In this document: positions 1 through 9,399 of the stretch, piece after piece
Layout of the letters: the number at the start of each line of letters is the position of its first letter
Position numbering within the stretch: position 1 is the stretch's first letter
Source: an uncultured Candidatus Saccharibacteria bacterium
GTDB lineage: Bacteria; Patescibacteriota; Saccharimonadia; Saccharimonadales; Saccharimonadaceae
Length of the DNA stretch: 64,000 bases
Reading direction: 5' to 3'
Assembly (NCBI GenBank): GCA_964630185.1
Contig: CAZVTQ010000003.1
Location: 109,175 to 173,174 of the forward strand
The notes under the pieces: generated by a model
What the model was told of the DNA's origin: nothing
Databases searched by the model: none
What the model saw: only the letters and a program-made list of their open reading frames with translations
Made by a program: the position numbers and the translations under genes

Positions 1-1
1 A

Positions 2-790
2 AAGAGGGCAGAGTTAAAGTCTGATAGGTTAAAAAAACAACAGCGCGATCGGCGCAAACGTGCCTATACGATAGTAGCTAGCGGTATTTTTATTGTAATC
101 ATCGGTGCTTGGTACCTTGTAAGTCAATATACATTAGGCATAGGAACACTTACATTTCAGCCAGAAACCAGCAGAACGCCTCGTACGGATCTGTATAAGC
201 AAGCTATTTCCGACTATATTGCTGCTCGGCCTGCGGAAAGATTTCAGTTTGTGCTTAATCAAGACAGGCTTACTCAAGCTGTTTCTACACAGTTACCAGA
301 AGTAAGGAAGATCAAGAAAGACGGAGCTCAGTCAAACCAAGTTGATTTTGAAATTGAACTGCGTAAGCCTATAGCTAGTTGGAAAACTGGAGCTGGGCAA
401 TCATTTGTTGATGAAGAAGGTGTTAGCTTTGCTCATAACTACTTTACAGACCCAAAGGTGGTCATAATAGATAACAGTGGCGCTGAGGCAGCTCAAAAAG
501 GTACCAAAGCAGTTGTTTCCGAGCGATTTCTACGCTTCTTAGGTAGGCTAGTATCACTGACTAATGCATCGGGACTAGGTGAAGTAAAAGAGGCTTCACT
601 ACCTAAGGCAACAGCACGTGAAATCGATATTAAACTAGAAGGACGCCCATACTTTATAAAGACACATATAGATCGTGACCCAGCTGCAACTGTTGAGGAT
701 ATAAAGAGGGTAGTGAACTATATTGAGCAAAAGAATATAACCCCAAGCTATATAGACGTACGTGTTACAGGCAGGGCATTTTATAAATAA
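2..790 (+). CDS. FtsQ/DivIB-like membrane-anchored protein, 5'-truncated by the window edge
   Basis: The frame is open from nt 2, upstream of the tracked start at 251. It encodes a basic stretch, one TM helix (IVASGIFIVIIGAWYLV), then an FtsQ/POTRA-like pattern (LRKPIASW...FVDEEGVSF). The stop is at 788-790. Confidence 0.45.
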   Translation, partial: KRAELKSDRLKKQQRDRRKRAYTIVASGIFIVIIGAWYLVSQYTLGIGTLTFQPETSRTPRTDLYKQAISDYIAARPAERFQFVLNQDRLTQAVSTQLPEVRKIKKDGAQSNQVDFEIELRKPIASWKTGAGQSFVDEEGVSFAHNYFTDPKVVIIDNSGAEAAQKGTKAVVSERFLRFLGRLVSLTNASGLGEVKEASLPKATAREIDIKLEGRPYFIKTHIDRDPAATVEDIKRVVNYIEQKNITPSYIDVRVTGRAFYK

Positions 791-1465
791 AATTTTTTAG
801 GATAAGAAGGACTACTCGCTTTACTCTTCCCTATGTTCTATTTTTGTTCTATATTCAAATAGTATATACCTTTAAAGTGTAAAAACTATATTAAAATGAT
901 TGTTCAATAAAAAAGCAAATTTTATAAATAGACAGGGCAGAGGGGATAGAGGTAAAATATGTTTTAGCAAATGAAAAGCGTGAAAAAGCAAATCCTAAGT
1001 ATCGTGAAAAGTATATAAAAACACTAACTGTGGAAAAAGCAAGTGCAGCTATAGCGTAGTGTCGGGATAGTGCTACGCCGAGAGAAGTGGTTCGTTGGGA
1101 TGCGCAGTATGTGGCGGTAGCGTACGGCATTAACTGAGTGAAACCATAGCAATAAAGCCCTAGTACTACTCCCTATAGGTGATAGTGTAGTAAATAGTAT
1201 TATATGTATAACGTCGTAAAAGATATATTGTGCGACATTATGTATATATAGATAAGTTGTATTGTTACTCAACTTACTTATGCTTTTAACAGTAGTTTTT
1301 GTGCTAATACCCTCATATGTATATGCTCAGTACTCTCTTTTCTCATGCCCGCTCTTATATCTGGTATTTTGCGTTTTTGTAATAATTTATAATTTTTGCC
1401 ATTAACTACATTTTTTTTAATTTTAATTATTATTTAGCTACACAATAATGTAACAGGAATATAGC

Positions 1466-4078
1466 CTAAGATGCTTTTTCTGAAGTTTCCTTACTCGCCT
1501 CTACCTTCGCATTTTCAGTAGGTGCATTTTTTACAACATTTGTGTCTGTAGGTTTTTTCTTGTTACGTGAACGGCTTCGTGTTCGTTTTTTGTTCGGGTC
1601 TTGATGCTGTTGCTGGTTATTATTTTGCATAGTACCTGTGACCCAATTTTTAGCAGGCTGAGGGACTGGAGCAGTCTCCTTCCCTAGTAGTTCTTGAATC
1701 TCTTCCTCAACTTCAGCTCGAGCACGACTATATGCGCGTCGAGAAAGTTCAACTATCTGAGGTGAGTTATCTGCTTGGATAGGAGGGAGGCTAAGGGTCT
1801 TGGCACTGAAAGCAGGGGCCTTCTCTCCCCTGATGACCATGTTGATCACGAAGTTACGATTAGCCATCTGTAGCAAGTCTTCAGGCTGGAATTGAGGCTC
1901 AAAAGGTTTCGCAAGAATCGGTGCATCGTCCGCAGACACACGGAAGGATATCATTGTTCCAACGTTACCGAAAACAGCGTCTCGTACAGTATCTTCCATC
2001 TGAGAGACGTACTGGTTGGCTATAGTGAGGTTGAGGCCGTATTTACGGGCTTCAGAGAGGATTGTTGCGAAACTATCGGTAGCGAAGTTCTGAAACTCGT
2101 CAACGTATAGGTAGAACGGTCGACGGTCTTCGATATTTGGTATATCACTACGGCTCATGGCTGCAAGCTGTATTTTGGTAACAAGGAAGGCGCCGAGGAT
2201 GCCAGCGTTGTCTTCACCGATCAAACCTTTAGAAAGGTTCACGATCAATATCTTCCCTTCGTCCATCATGGTTCGGATGTCGAATGTACTTTTCGGCTGG
2301 CCGATGATATTTCGGATAATTGGGTTGGCTGTAAATGCACCAACCTTGTTTAGCACAGGGGCTACAGCTTCAGATGCAAACTTGTCGTTCCAGCTTGCAA
2401 ACTCAACGTTCCAGAAGTTTAGCACCACGGTATCTTCACATTTATCGAGAACTTTTTTACGGAATTTCTTATCTGTTAGCATGCGCGTAATGTCGAGCAT
2501 GGTGCTGTTTGGATAATCTAAGAGTGCTAATATGGTATAACGCAAAATATACTCAAGTCGCGGCCCCCAACTGTCACCAAACATACGTTTCAAAACTCCA
2601 ATGATTTCTGAGCTGGTATTGCTCTTCATTGAAGGGTCGTGGACTTCCATAGGGTTAAATCCTAATGGGAATGCAGTATCTGCTGGGTTGAAATACACTA
2701 CGTCCTTCATACGGTTTGCAGGAATGAACCGGAGGTTATTAACTGCAAAGTCTCCATGTGGGTCGATGATAGCGTACCCTTGGTCGTGATAGACATCACT
2801 TAGGGCAAACAACTCAAGTAGTCCCGACTTACCCGCTCCTGTTTGGCCAATGATGTATGCGTGCCTTCCCCTATCAGATCGCAGCAGTCCAAATTGATAA
2901 TTTATGCCGCGGAAGTTAGTCACACCAAAAGCACTAATTTGCTCGTCAGCTACATCGTTGCCGGTGATGACCGGTAGCTTGGCTGGCGGTTCAGCAGTTT
3001 TTGTACTAGCCCATACAATATTAGGTGTCTCCACGTTCGTGTGAGGCAAGTGGAATACACTAGCAATCTCTTCAATGTTTAATATAAAGCCGTTGTCGGT
3101 AAAGTACCGCGCTGCATATGCTGCTACATCTTCACGTCTGAAGCTGCTTTTGCTCATACGAAAACCATTGAGGTTTGTACTATTAAACTGTTTAAAAGTA
3201 CCTACCAAGCCCTGAATACGCTGCCTAGCAATGGGCTGTGAGTGACCAAGGTATGCTACGCGGATTTTTACTTGGTAACCAAGCTTGACTGATTTTTTCT
3301 CGACTTCTGCTATACGTGTTTTTTCACGCTCACTTATTTCACGAGTTGCCGATGCCCCACCACCATTTTCTGGTGGTTTCCATAGCAGGGCGAGCATTTG
3401 GCCAATATAGCCCATTGCTCCCCCACTACTAAGGCCCGCGACCGATCCTTTCTTCACCCCTTCAACGTAACGACTTGATCGTTGATGCCAATCGTCGGCT
3501 ATAGGACGAGCAATAACTTGAATCCATAATTCTTCATCTTCATCTTCAAGCTTGGCAAGTGTTGCGGTAATACCTGCAAGAGGGTCAACTTCGAAGTTTG
3601 TGAAGGTTTTTATAGGCAGTACTTCGTTGTCTACCAAAGTTAGTTCCGCAGTATTAACGACACTGTGGGTGATGTGTCGTCGAGTGTAATCTTCTGGCGC
3701 TTCGTGTATTTGCACTGTTGGATACTGTGCGTAGATCTGCCCTTCAACGAAGTTCCGTAGATGCCGCGGTGCCCATACATAAAAACGAATCATCTTGTTT
3801 ATAGATGCCATTTCAAAACTGATGTGTTCTTGAACTCCCCCACTCTGTTTGAGTTCGATTTTATCGCGCAAAATACCATGCAAACTGGCAAACAATTGCT
3901 CGGCTGCGAGCTCTTGCTTATCGTTTGTACGTGGAATTTCAAGCACTAAAAGAACGGGGTCAACAGCTTGGATGCTCTCGGCCTTTTGGTTATTGCGCCA
4001 TGCTAAATACAGCAGTACCCCTACGATTGGTAGCCATACGTACCATTGCAATAAAAATTCAAAAATTGAGCCCAACAT
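1466..4078 (-). CDS. VirD4/TraD-like type IV secretion coupling-protein-family ATPase (N-terminal TM segment, P-loop)
   Basis: 870 aa. N-terminal TM helix; Walker A IIGQTGAGKSG; Walker B-like FYLYVDEFQNF; basic, low-complexity C-terminal tail. Confidence 0.6.
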   Translation of the reverse strand: MLGSIFEFLLQWYVWLPIVGVLLYLAWRNNQKAESIQAVDPVLLVLEIPRTNDKQELAAEQLFASLHGILRDKIELKQSGGVQEHISFEMASINKMIRFYVWAPRHLRNFVEGQIYAQYPTVQIHEAPEDYTRRHITHSVVNTAELTLVDNEVLPIKTFTNFEVDPLAGITATLAKLEDEDEELWIQVIARPIADDWHQRSSRYVEGVKKGSVAGLSSGGAMGYIGQMLALLWKPPENGGGASATREISEREKTRIAEVEKKSVKLGYQVKIRVAYLGHSQPIARQRIQGLVGTFKQFNSTNLNGFRMSKSSFRREDVAAYAARYFTDNGFILNIEEIASVFHLPHTNVETPNIVWASTKTAEPPAKLPVITGNDVADEQISAFGVTNFRGINYQFGLLRSDRGRHAYIIGQTGAGKSGLLELFALSDVYHDQGYAIIDPHGDFAVNNLRFIPANRMKDVVYFNPADTAFPLGFNPMEVHDPSMKSNTSSEIIGVLKRMFGDSWGPRLEYILRYTILALLDYPNSTMLDITRMLTDKKFRKKVLDKCEDTVVLNFWNVEFASWNDKFASEAVAPVLNKVGAFTANPIIRNIIGQPKSTFDIRTMMDEGKILIVNLSKGLIGEDNAGILGAFLVTKIQLAAMSRSDIPNIEDRRPFYLYVDEFQNFATDSFATILSEARKYGLNLTIANQYVSQMEDTVRDAVFGNVGTMISFRVSADDAPILAKPFEPQFQPEDLLQMANRNFVINMVIRGEKAPAFSAKTLSLPPIQADNSPQIVELSRRAYSRARAEVEEEIQELLGKETAPVPQPAKNWVTGTMQNNNQQQHQDPNKKRTRSRSRNKKKPTDTNVVKNAPTENAKVEASKETSEKAS

Positions 4079-4137
4079 TCTATGTTATATTATCTCACAA
4101 AATAGTTTTTTGTGTTGAAAGTACCAGGTAGCTGAAA

Positions 4138-5202
4138 CTAAGCTTTCTTTGCTGGAGTTTCGTTTAGTCCGTAAGTTGCACGAGCAACACGTTTGAACTG
4201 AGGTTTTCCTTGTAGATTTAGTAAAATAGTAGTTTCTTTAACTTGACGTTTCTTGAGTACTTTACGAACGATGTCGTCACGGTGAAGAGGTCCTTCTTTT
4301 CGCAAAATGTCGCTGATGATGTCTGCAACTGTACCAGATGAGTAACCCCATTCGCTAAGTGCGTAGATACCACGGCCAATTAGTACGAAACGGCTGTCTT
4401 TAATAAGCTCGTTGTGTATTGCTTGTTGAGTAACGTCACGTCGTTTGAAGTCGCTAGCCTTGATAGCTTCAGCAACTTTGCTAAAGTGCATTGGCTTGCC
4501 GTTTTCTGCAAGGATTGCGTAAATCTTGTCACGAATGTTCTTTGGGTTAACAAGTGGGTTCTTTACAAGTCCCCATTTGTCTTTAAGGTTTGCTACGTGC
4601 TTGCTTGAGCGAGCCATTGCTTTAACGTTCGATGGGTGCTCAAAGCCATTTACCTGAGCGTGAAGCTCTTCGATAGTAGCTGGTTGACCCTTAAGGTCTT
4701 TGATAGCTTTGTGTACTGTGTCGATGTTTTCTTTGATCTTCTTCTCATCGTGGTGTTCTTTTAGACCAACTGAGTGGTAGTAGTCGTCATTTTCATCAAC
4801 TACAGCGAGGTTTGGTGCCAAAGTTGAAACAAAAGCAACATGTGCGTGGTCTTTTGCATCTGCGTCCGGGTTAATTTTTTCACTGAGGTCTTTTACTCTA
4901 GCTACTCCGCCCATCTCAGAGAGGTGCTTAATAAATTCTTTTTCTAGACGAGCAACATCTGCTTGTCCGTCTTCAGCAGCAATTTTAAGGCGTATAAGAA
5001 TAGCTTTTTCAAGTTGACGAACACGTTCTCGGGTAATGCCAAGCATTTCACCAATTTGTTCAAGAGTCTCTTTGCGGTCGTACAAACCAAAGCGACGAGC
5101 AATAATCTCACGTTCACGTTCACGCTCGATATTTTGCAAAATATTATCAACAGCCACCTTGATGTCTAAGGTTGAAGTACTTGCCTCGGCTGTATCGCTC
5201 AT
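4138..5202 (-). CDS. Sigma-70 region-4-like HTH protein with C-terminal HARE-HTH-like modules
   Basis: ETLEQIGEMLGITRERVRQLEKAILIRLK is a classic sigma region 4.2 HTH. The C-terminal segments (HFSKVAEAIKA...NELIKDSRFVLIGRGIYALSEWGY and a second copy) resemble the HARE-HTH of the RNAP delta subunit. Confidence 0.6.
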   Translation of the reverse strand: MSDTAEASTSTLDIKVAVDNILQNIEREREREIIARRFGLYDRKETLEQIGEMLGITRERVRQLEKAILIRLKIAAEDGQADVARLEKEFIKHLSEMGGVARVKDLSEKINPDADAKDHAHVAFVSTLAPNLAVVDENDDYYHSVGLKEHHDEKKIKENIDTVHKAIKDLKGQPATIEELHAQVNGFEHPSNVKAMARSSKHVANLKDKWGLVKNPLVNPKNIRDKIYAILAENGKPMHFSKVAEAIKASDFKRRDVTQQAIHNELIKDSRFVLIGRGIYALSEWGYSSGTVADIISDILRKEGPLHRDDIVRKVLKKRQVKETTILLNLQGKPQFKRVARATYGLNETPAKKA

Positions 5203-5437
5203 ATTATTTATTCCTTTTAAACTTGTTATAAAGATATCTTATATATACTTTGTACTATATTAGAACACATTCTGCATAAAGTCAAGGGTTTTAGTATGTC
5301 ATTTTCTCTTTTATCTACCCTACTCTTACACACCTCACCCCTGTGTTAAGTAAATTATAGCACAAATTAGACTCTCTTGCCAAAGATTTCTTAGCAATTT
5401 ACTAGTGTTAACTTTTCTGTTATTGCAATTTGTATGG

Positions 5438-7735
5438 TTAGGATTTCTTTTTGACTATCCGTCGTCCACGGCCCTTTTTTGCAGGGGCTTTTGCCAGTAA
5501 TTCTTTAGCCTGATCGTGGGTAATAGATTTAGGTTCTGTATCCTTAGGAATCTTGGCATTTTTAGTGCCGTCGGTGATGTATGGTCCGAAGCGGCCTTTG
5601 AGAACTTTGATGCCGTCACCGAAGTCGGCGATGTTCTTTTCAGCCTCAGCTTTGAGCTTTTCTGAATAATATTTACGTGCTTCTTCGAGGGTAATTGTGT
5701 GAGGATCGAGCGGTTTGATAGAAACAAATAACTTGTCGACTACTATATATGGTCCAAAGCGACCAATATTAGCTTTTATTTCTTTCCCGTCTTCAGTTGT
5801 ACCAAGTAGTCGCGGTAACTGGAACATTTCTAGGGCTTGTTCTAGCGTGACGGTGTCTATTTTGGCCCCTGTTGGCATAGGTGCAAAGTCAGGCTTATTG
5901 TCATCGTCCCCTGCCTCGCCGCGTTGCAACATAGCGCCGTAACGGCCATAGCGTGCGATGATTGGCTTGCCAGATTTCGGGTCATTACCTAGGCTACGAC
6001 TCTGCGATGCATCGGCGCGTGAGATATCCGCACTACTTTCTACTAGTTTATGGAAAGGTCCATAAAAATTCTTGAGCACTTCGACGCGTTGCTTGTTTCC
6101 GTCGGCGATTTCATCCAATTGGTCCTCGACGTCTTTGGTAAAGTCATATTCCATAACTTCACTAAAGTGTTTAACTAAAAAGTCAGTCACTACGTTACCG
6201 GTATCTGTTGGTACTAGCTTGTTGCTATCTTTGCCGTACTCGACGGTTGGCTCACTCTTCTCTACTTTGCCGTCAGCCAAAGTGAATACGGTAATTTTTC
6301 TTTCAACACCTTCGACGTCACCACGCTCCACATAGCCACGGCTCTGGATAGTCGCGATAGTTGATGCATATGTGCTCGGTCGGCCAATACCCATTTCTTC
6401 GAGTTTTTTGACCAGAGATGCCTCGGTGTAACGAGCTGGCCCACGAGACAAGTTCTCGGTCGCGGTAGCTTGCTGTAGTTGCAATGAATCACCACTGTTA
6501 ATATCTGGAAGTAGTTTGTCCTCGCCAGATCGGCCATAGACCTTCAAAAAGCCGTCAAATACCACGATTTCGCCCTTTGCCTCGAGGTTTTGGCTAGATT
6601 CGCTGGCGCTGATTGTCATAGTCGTCTTTTCCAGCGTTGCAGCTGCCATTTGTGAGGCTAAGGCACGACGCCAGATCAAGTTATATAGTTTCTTTTGCTG
6701 TTCATCGGCGCCAGCAACAGATTTAGTGACATTTGTTGGACGGATTGCTTCGTGAGCTTCCTGAGCACCGGATGATTTTGTCTTGAATGTACGAACTTGG
6801 TGATACTGCTCGCCATACTCACCCTTTATATATGTAGTCATGGCGCTCAGTGCGTCACCACTAATATTCAGGCTGTCAGTACGCATATATGTAATATGCC
6901 CAGCTTCGTACAGGCGCTGCGCTAGGCTCATGGTGTTACGTGGACTGAGGCCGAGCTTGCTGCTGGCTTCTTGTTGCAAGGTACTAGTTGTAAACGGTGC
7001 GCTGGGATTGCGGGTACCTGGTTTTTTACTGATGTCGGCCACAGTAAATTCGCTCTTGGCGTATTCTTGCAATATCTTTTCGGCTTCGGTAGCAGATTTG
7101 AACTTCACAGGCGCTTCGCTAGTCAGCTCGCTGCCGTCTTTTAGTATGAAAGTAGCTTCTAATTTGAATGTAGATTCCGCCTCAAAGTTCTCGAGTTCGC
7201 GTTCGCGCTCGACTATTAAACGTACGGCGACACTTTGTACACGACCGGCACTCAGTTTCGGTCCAACTTTGCGCCATAAAACTGGTGAGAGCTCAAAACC
7301 TACCAAATAATCTAGCGCTTGACGAGCCTGTTGAGCCTCGACCAATTCTTGATTAATAGTACCTGGATTTTCAACAGCTTTGTCTAGAGCTTTTTTAGTA
7401 ATTTCGTTAAAAACAATACGTTTGGTATTTTTTGGATCGAGTTTCAACGTTTCGGCTAGGTGCCAGGCAATAGCCTCTCCTTCGCGGTCTTCATCGGATG
7501 CGAGCCAGACTGTGCCAGCCGATTTTACGTCTTTACGAAGCTCGGCGACTACTTTCTTTTTATCGGCGCTGACTTCAAACTTTGGTTCAAAATTGTTATC
7601 AACGTCGATACTGCCATTTTTGCTCGGCAGGCCACGAATATGGCCGATAGAACTCTTTACAACAAAGTCACTACCGAGGTATTTCTCGATAGTTTTGGCT
7701 TTTGCCGGAGACTCTACTATTACTAAGTTTTTCAT
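5438..7735 (-). CDS. topA: DNA topoisomerase I
   Basis: Toprim N-terminus MKNLVIVESPAKAKTIEKYLG, DEDREGEAIAWH, active-site region ITYMRTDS. I moved the start to the ATG at 7735. The tracked 7939 start adds 68 aa with no homology and overlaps a structured RNA-like region. Confidence 0.95.
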   Translation of the reverse strand: MKNLVIVESPAKAKTIEKYLGSDFVVKSSIGHIRGLPSKNGSIDVDNNFEPKFEVSADKKKVVAELRKDVKSAGTVWLASDEDREGEAIAWHLAETLKLDPKNTKRIVFNEITKKALDKAVENPGTINQELVEAQQARQALDYLVGFELSPVLWRKVGPKLSAGRVQSVAVRLIVERERELENFEAESTFKLEATFILKDGSELTSEAPVKFKSATEAEKILQEYAKSEFTVADISKKPGTRNPSAPFTTSTLQQEASSKLGLSPRNTMSLAQRLYEAGHITYMRTDSLNISGDALSAMTTYIKGEYGEQYHQVRTFKTKSSGAQEAHEAIRPTNVTKSVAGADEQQKKLYNLIWRRALASQMAAATLEKTTMTISASESSQNLEAKGEIVVFDGFLKVYGRSGEDKLLPDINSGDSLQLQQATATENLSRGPARYTEASLVKKLEEMGIGRPSTYASTIATIQSRGYVERGDVEGVERKITVFTLADGKVEKSEPTVEYGKDSNKLVPTDTGNVVTDFLVKHFSEVMEYDFTKDVEDQLDEIADGNKQRVEVLKNFYGPFHKLVESSADISRADASQSRSLGNDPKSGKPIIARYGRYGAMLQRGEAGDDDNKPDFAPMPTGAKIDTVTLEQALEMFQLPRLLGTTEDGKEIKANIGRFGPYIVVDKLFVSIKPLDPHTITLEEARKYYSEKLKAEAEKNIADFGDGIKVLKGRFGPYITDGTKNAKIPKDTEPKSITHDQAKELLAKAPAKKGRGRRIVKKKS

Positions 7736-7792
7736 ATTGTTGCCCTTTGGGTCACGTTTGATATAAACACAACTACTAATATTTATGCAAAT

Positions 7793-8120
7793 GAAAATGC
7801 GGTTCGGACTAAAAGTCTGAACCGCGTGTTGTGTATGCCTGATGCATACATGATGTTGTTGGAGACCCCCCTCTACGTTTCCCCCTACAGGGTTAGTAGA
7901 GGGGGTTGAAGATTCGTCTCCTTCTGATGAGCGGAACAAGAGATTGTAGGTTCTCAGGCTCTCTTTTTGAAGCGCTAGCGCTCCTTACTTACTCATCAAA
8001 GTCCATTCAAACAACCGACTGGGTTAGCTCTTCGGGCTAAACACCTAATCCGGAAGCTTACCATCAACATAGGCCTTACTGGCAACCCTTTTTGGGTCTC
8101 GAAGGTGGTGCGGACTTGTA
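7793..8120 (-). ncRNA. Candidate structured ncRNA of about 330 nt, identity unresolved
   Basis: No credible ORF. Upstream promoter is TTGACA-N17-TATAGT. The 3' end is an 11-bp hairpin (GCGGTTCAGAC/GTCCGAACCGC) followed by a U-rich tract. Internal helices include TGATGAG/CTCATCA, GGAGAC/GTCTCC, CCCCCTCTAC/GTAGAGGGGG and TGTATGC/GCATACA. Local resemblance to RNase P conserved segments (AAGUCC, ACAACACGCGGUUCA) is discussed in findings. Confidence 0.5.
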
Positions 8121-8126
8121 TAAACT

Positions 8127-8155
8127 ACTATAGCACTAAGTATTAAGTATGTCAA
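8127..8155 (-). promoter_or_regulatory. Sigma-70-type promoter (TTGACA-N17-TATAGT) for the 7793-8120 RNA
   Basis: On the minus strand, the -35 is at 8155..8150 and the -10 at 8132..8127, with a 17-nt spacer. Confidence 0.45.
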
Positions 8156-8188
8156 TACTTTTTTTGTAATTAATTTATATTATAGGTG

Positions 8189-9046
8189 TTATTGCAGCGT
8201 CCACTGATTTGCGCCAAGTGGTTTTATTAGTCCTTTAATTTCTAACATAGTTAGTGTCTGATTGAATATTGTTGGGTCGAGTCTAGATTGTTGCAGAATT
8301 TCATCACCATCGCGGAGGCCTATTTTTAGTAGTTCAAGTATATTCACCTCTTCTGGATTGTCTCCTAGAATAAACTGAGTTTGTTCTTTTTTAATATTCG
8401 GAGCGATAACATCTAATATATCTTGAGTGCTTGTTACTGGAGTCGCCCCTTGTTTTATTAGGGCGTTGCAGCCAGAACTGAGAGGGCTTGTAATATTACC
8501 AGGGACTGCAAATACTTCTTTGTTTTGGTTTAGCGCATGAGTTGCGGTCGATAATGTACCCGAGCGAGTAGCCGCTTCCACAACGACTATTCCGTCTGCT
8601 ATACCGCTAACAATACGGTTTCTTTCTAGGAACCTGAATGGGAGAGGTGGTGTACCAGCTTTATATTCACTCAGTATCGCTCCGTCTTTAGCGATAATTT
8701 GCTTAGCCAGATCTTGATGGTTCTTCGGGTAAATAGTATCTAGGCCATTTGCTAATACCGCTATTGTTGTACCACCTGCCTCTAGCGTGGACCTGTGCGC
8801 AATACTATCAACGCCTAGTGCTAGCCCACTAATCACTACAACCCCTGCTCTGGATAGTTCACTGGCTAATTTTTCCGTTACTTCCCTTCCGTATTGAGTG
8901 GGCTTGCGTGAACCAACAATTGCTATTGTAGGTATGTTTTTTTCGGGTAATTTTCCTAATATATATAACTTTTTTGGAAAATCTTCAATATCTAATGACC
9001 TCTGTAAATATTTTTGTTTCTCTGTTAATATTGTATTGATTTTCAT
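8189..9046 (-). CDS. dprA: DNA-processing protein DprA
   Basis: Rossmann-like DprA core: VGSRKPTQYGREV...ISGLALGVDSIAHRSTLEAGGTTIAVLANGLDTIYPKNH, with a C-terminal winged-helix-like tail. Confidence 0.9.
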   Translation of the reverse strand: MKINTILTEKQKYLQRSLDIEDFPKKLYILGKLPEKNIPTIAIVGSRKPTQYGREVTEKLASELSRAGVVVISGLALGVDSIAHRSTLEAGGTTIAVLANGLDTIYPKNHQDLAKQIIAKDGAILSEYKAGTPPLPFRFLERNRIVSGIADGIVVVEAATRSGTLSTATHALNQNKEVFAVPGNITSPLSSGCNALIKQGATPVTSTQDILDVIAPNIKKEQTQFILGDNPEEVNILELLKIGLRDGDEILQQSRLDPTIFNQTLTMLEIKGLIKPLGANQWTLQ

Positions 9047-9065
9047 AAACTAAGTGCTTTAATGG

Positions 9066-9094
9066 TTGACATTAAGTCAAATAAGTGCTAATAT
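9066..9094 (+). promoter_or_regulatory. Sigma-70-type promoter (TTGACA-N17-TAATAT)
   Basis: The -35 is at 9066-9071 and the -10 at 9089-9094. It points into a 290-nt ORF-free structured region that ends in a terminator. Confidence 0.45.
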
Positions 9095-9099
9095 GGCAT

Positions 9100-9386
9100 A
9101 TGTTCAGTTATCCTTTTGGGTAACTAGACGCACCTTATACCCCCTATTCTAACCGTAAGTTTACTTTCAGTAAACTTACATAAAAGTTAGAGTGTCCGTG
9201 AGTGCGTTTGACAAGTATCTACCCTCCACTTATCAAGCAATTAAAGCGCTCGCGAGCACACTAACCCCTTTAACCAGCGGACCCCTACTATGTGTGAGGT
9301 GGGTCACGTTTCCCTTGCGGGAGCCTAGCGGTGCGTTGAAGGGTTAAAAAGCGTCAGGCGATGCCCACCCTTGCCTGACGCTTTTT
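9100..9386. ncRNA. Candidate structured ncRNA of about 290 nt; identity and strand unresolved
   Basis: ORF-free. Perfect hairpin GTAAGTTTACT-TTC-AGTAAACTTAC, the GCTCGCGAGC palindrome, a GCAA-capped CCC/GGG hairpin, and the GTTATCC-TTTT-GGGTAAC hairpin. On the plus strand it is bracketed by a consensus promoter and an A5-stem-T5 terminator. On the minus strand some segments resemble RNase P RNA (see findings). Confidence 0.5.
9346..9386. terminator. Bidirectional intrinsic terminator (end of pth, and end of the plus-strand RNA)
   Basis: AAAAAGCGTCAGGC-(13 nt)-GCCTGACGCTTTTT: a 10-bp GC-rich stem flanked by an A-run and a T-run. Confidence 0.75.
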
Positions 9387-9399
9387 AAGTTGGAAGAAT

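Noticed and set aside
891-1272. 79-aa and 82-aa minus-strand ORFs in the 675-nt spacer between the FtsQ-like gene and the VirD4-like gene.
   Set aside because: They overlap each other, have no RBS, and show odd composition. The spacer is AT-rich with a few hairpins (for example GCGTAG...CTACGC), but I could not support either a gene or a specific RNA.
7736-7939. N-terminal 68-aa extension of topA in the tracked ORF (start 7939).
   Set aside because: The conserved Toprim N-terminus begins at MKNLVIVESPAKA (ATG at 7735). The extension has no homology-like features and overlaps the terminator and helices of the upstream structured RNA.
7793-8120. Calling this RNA rnpB (RNase P RNA) outright.
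   Set aside because: Only short motif resemblances support it. AAGUCC can pair locally. The putative P4 3' strand is an arm of the terminator hairpin. There is no room for P1-P3 after the predicted transcription start. I kept it as an unresolved ncRNA.
9190-9260. A tmRNA-like tag reading on the minus strand (...VSVLASALIA followed by UGA UAA) near smpB-independent RNA 2.
   Set aside because: There is no tRNA-like domain: no GGGG 5' acceptor strand, no TTCGA T-loop and no 3' CCA. The double stop in an AT-rich palindromic context is probably a coincidence.
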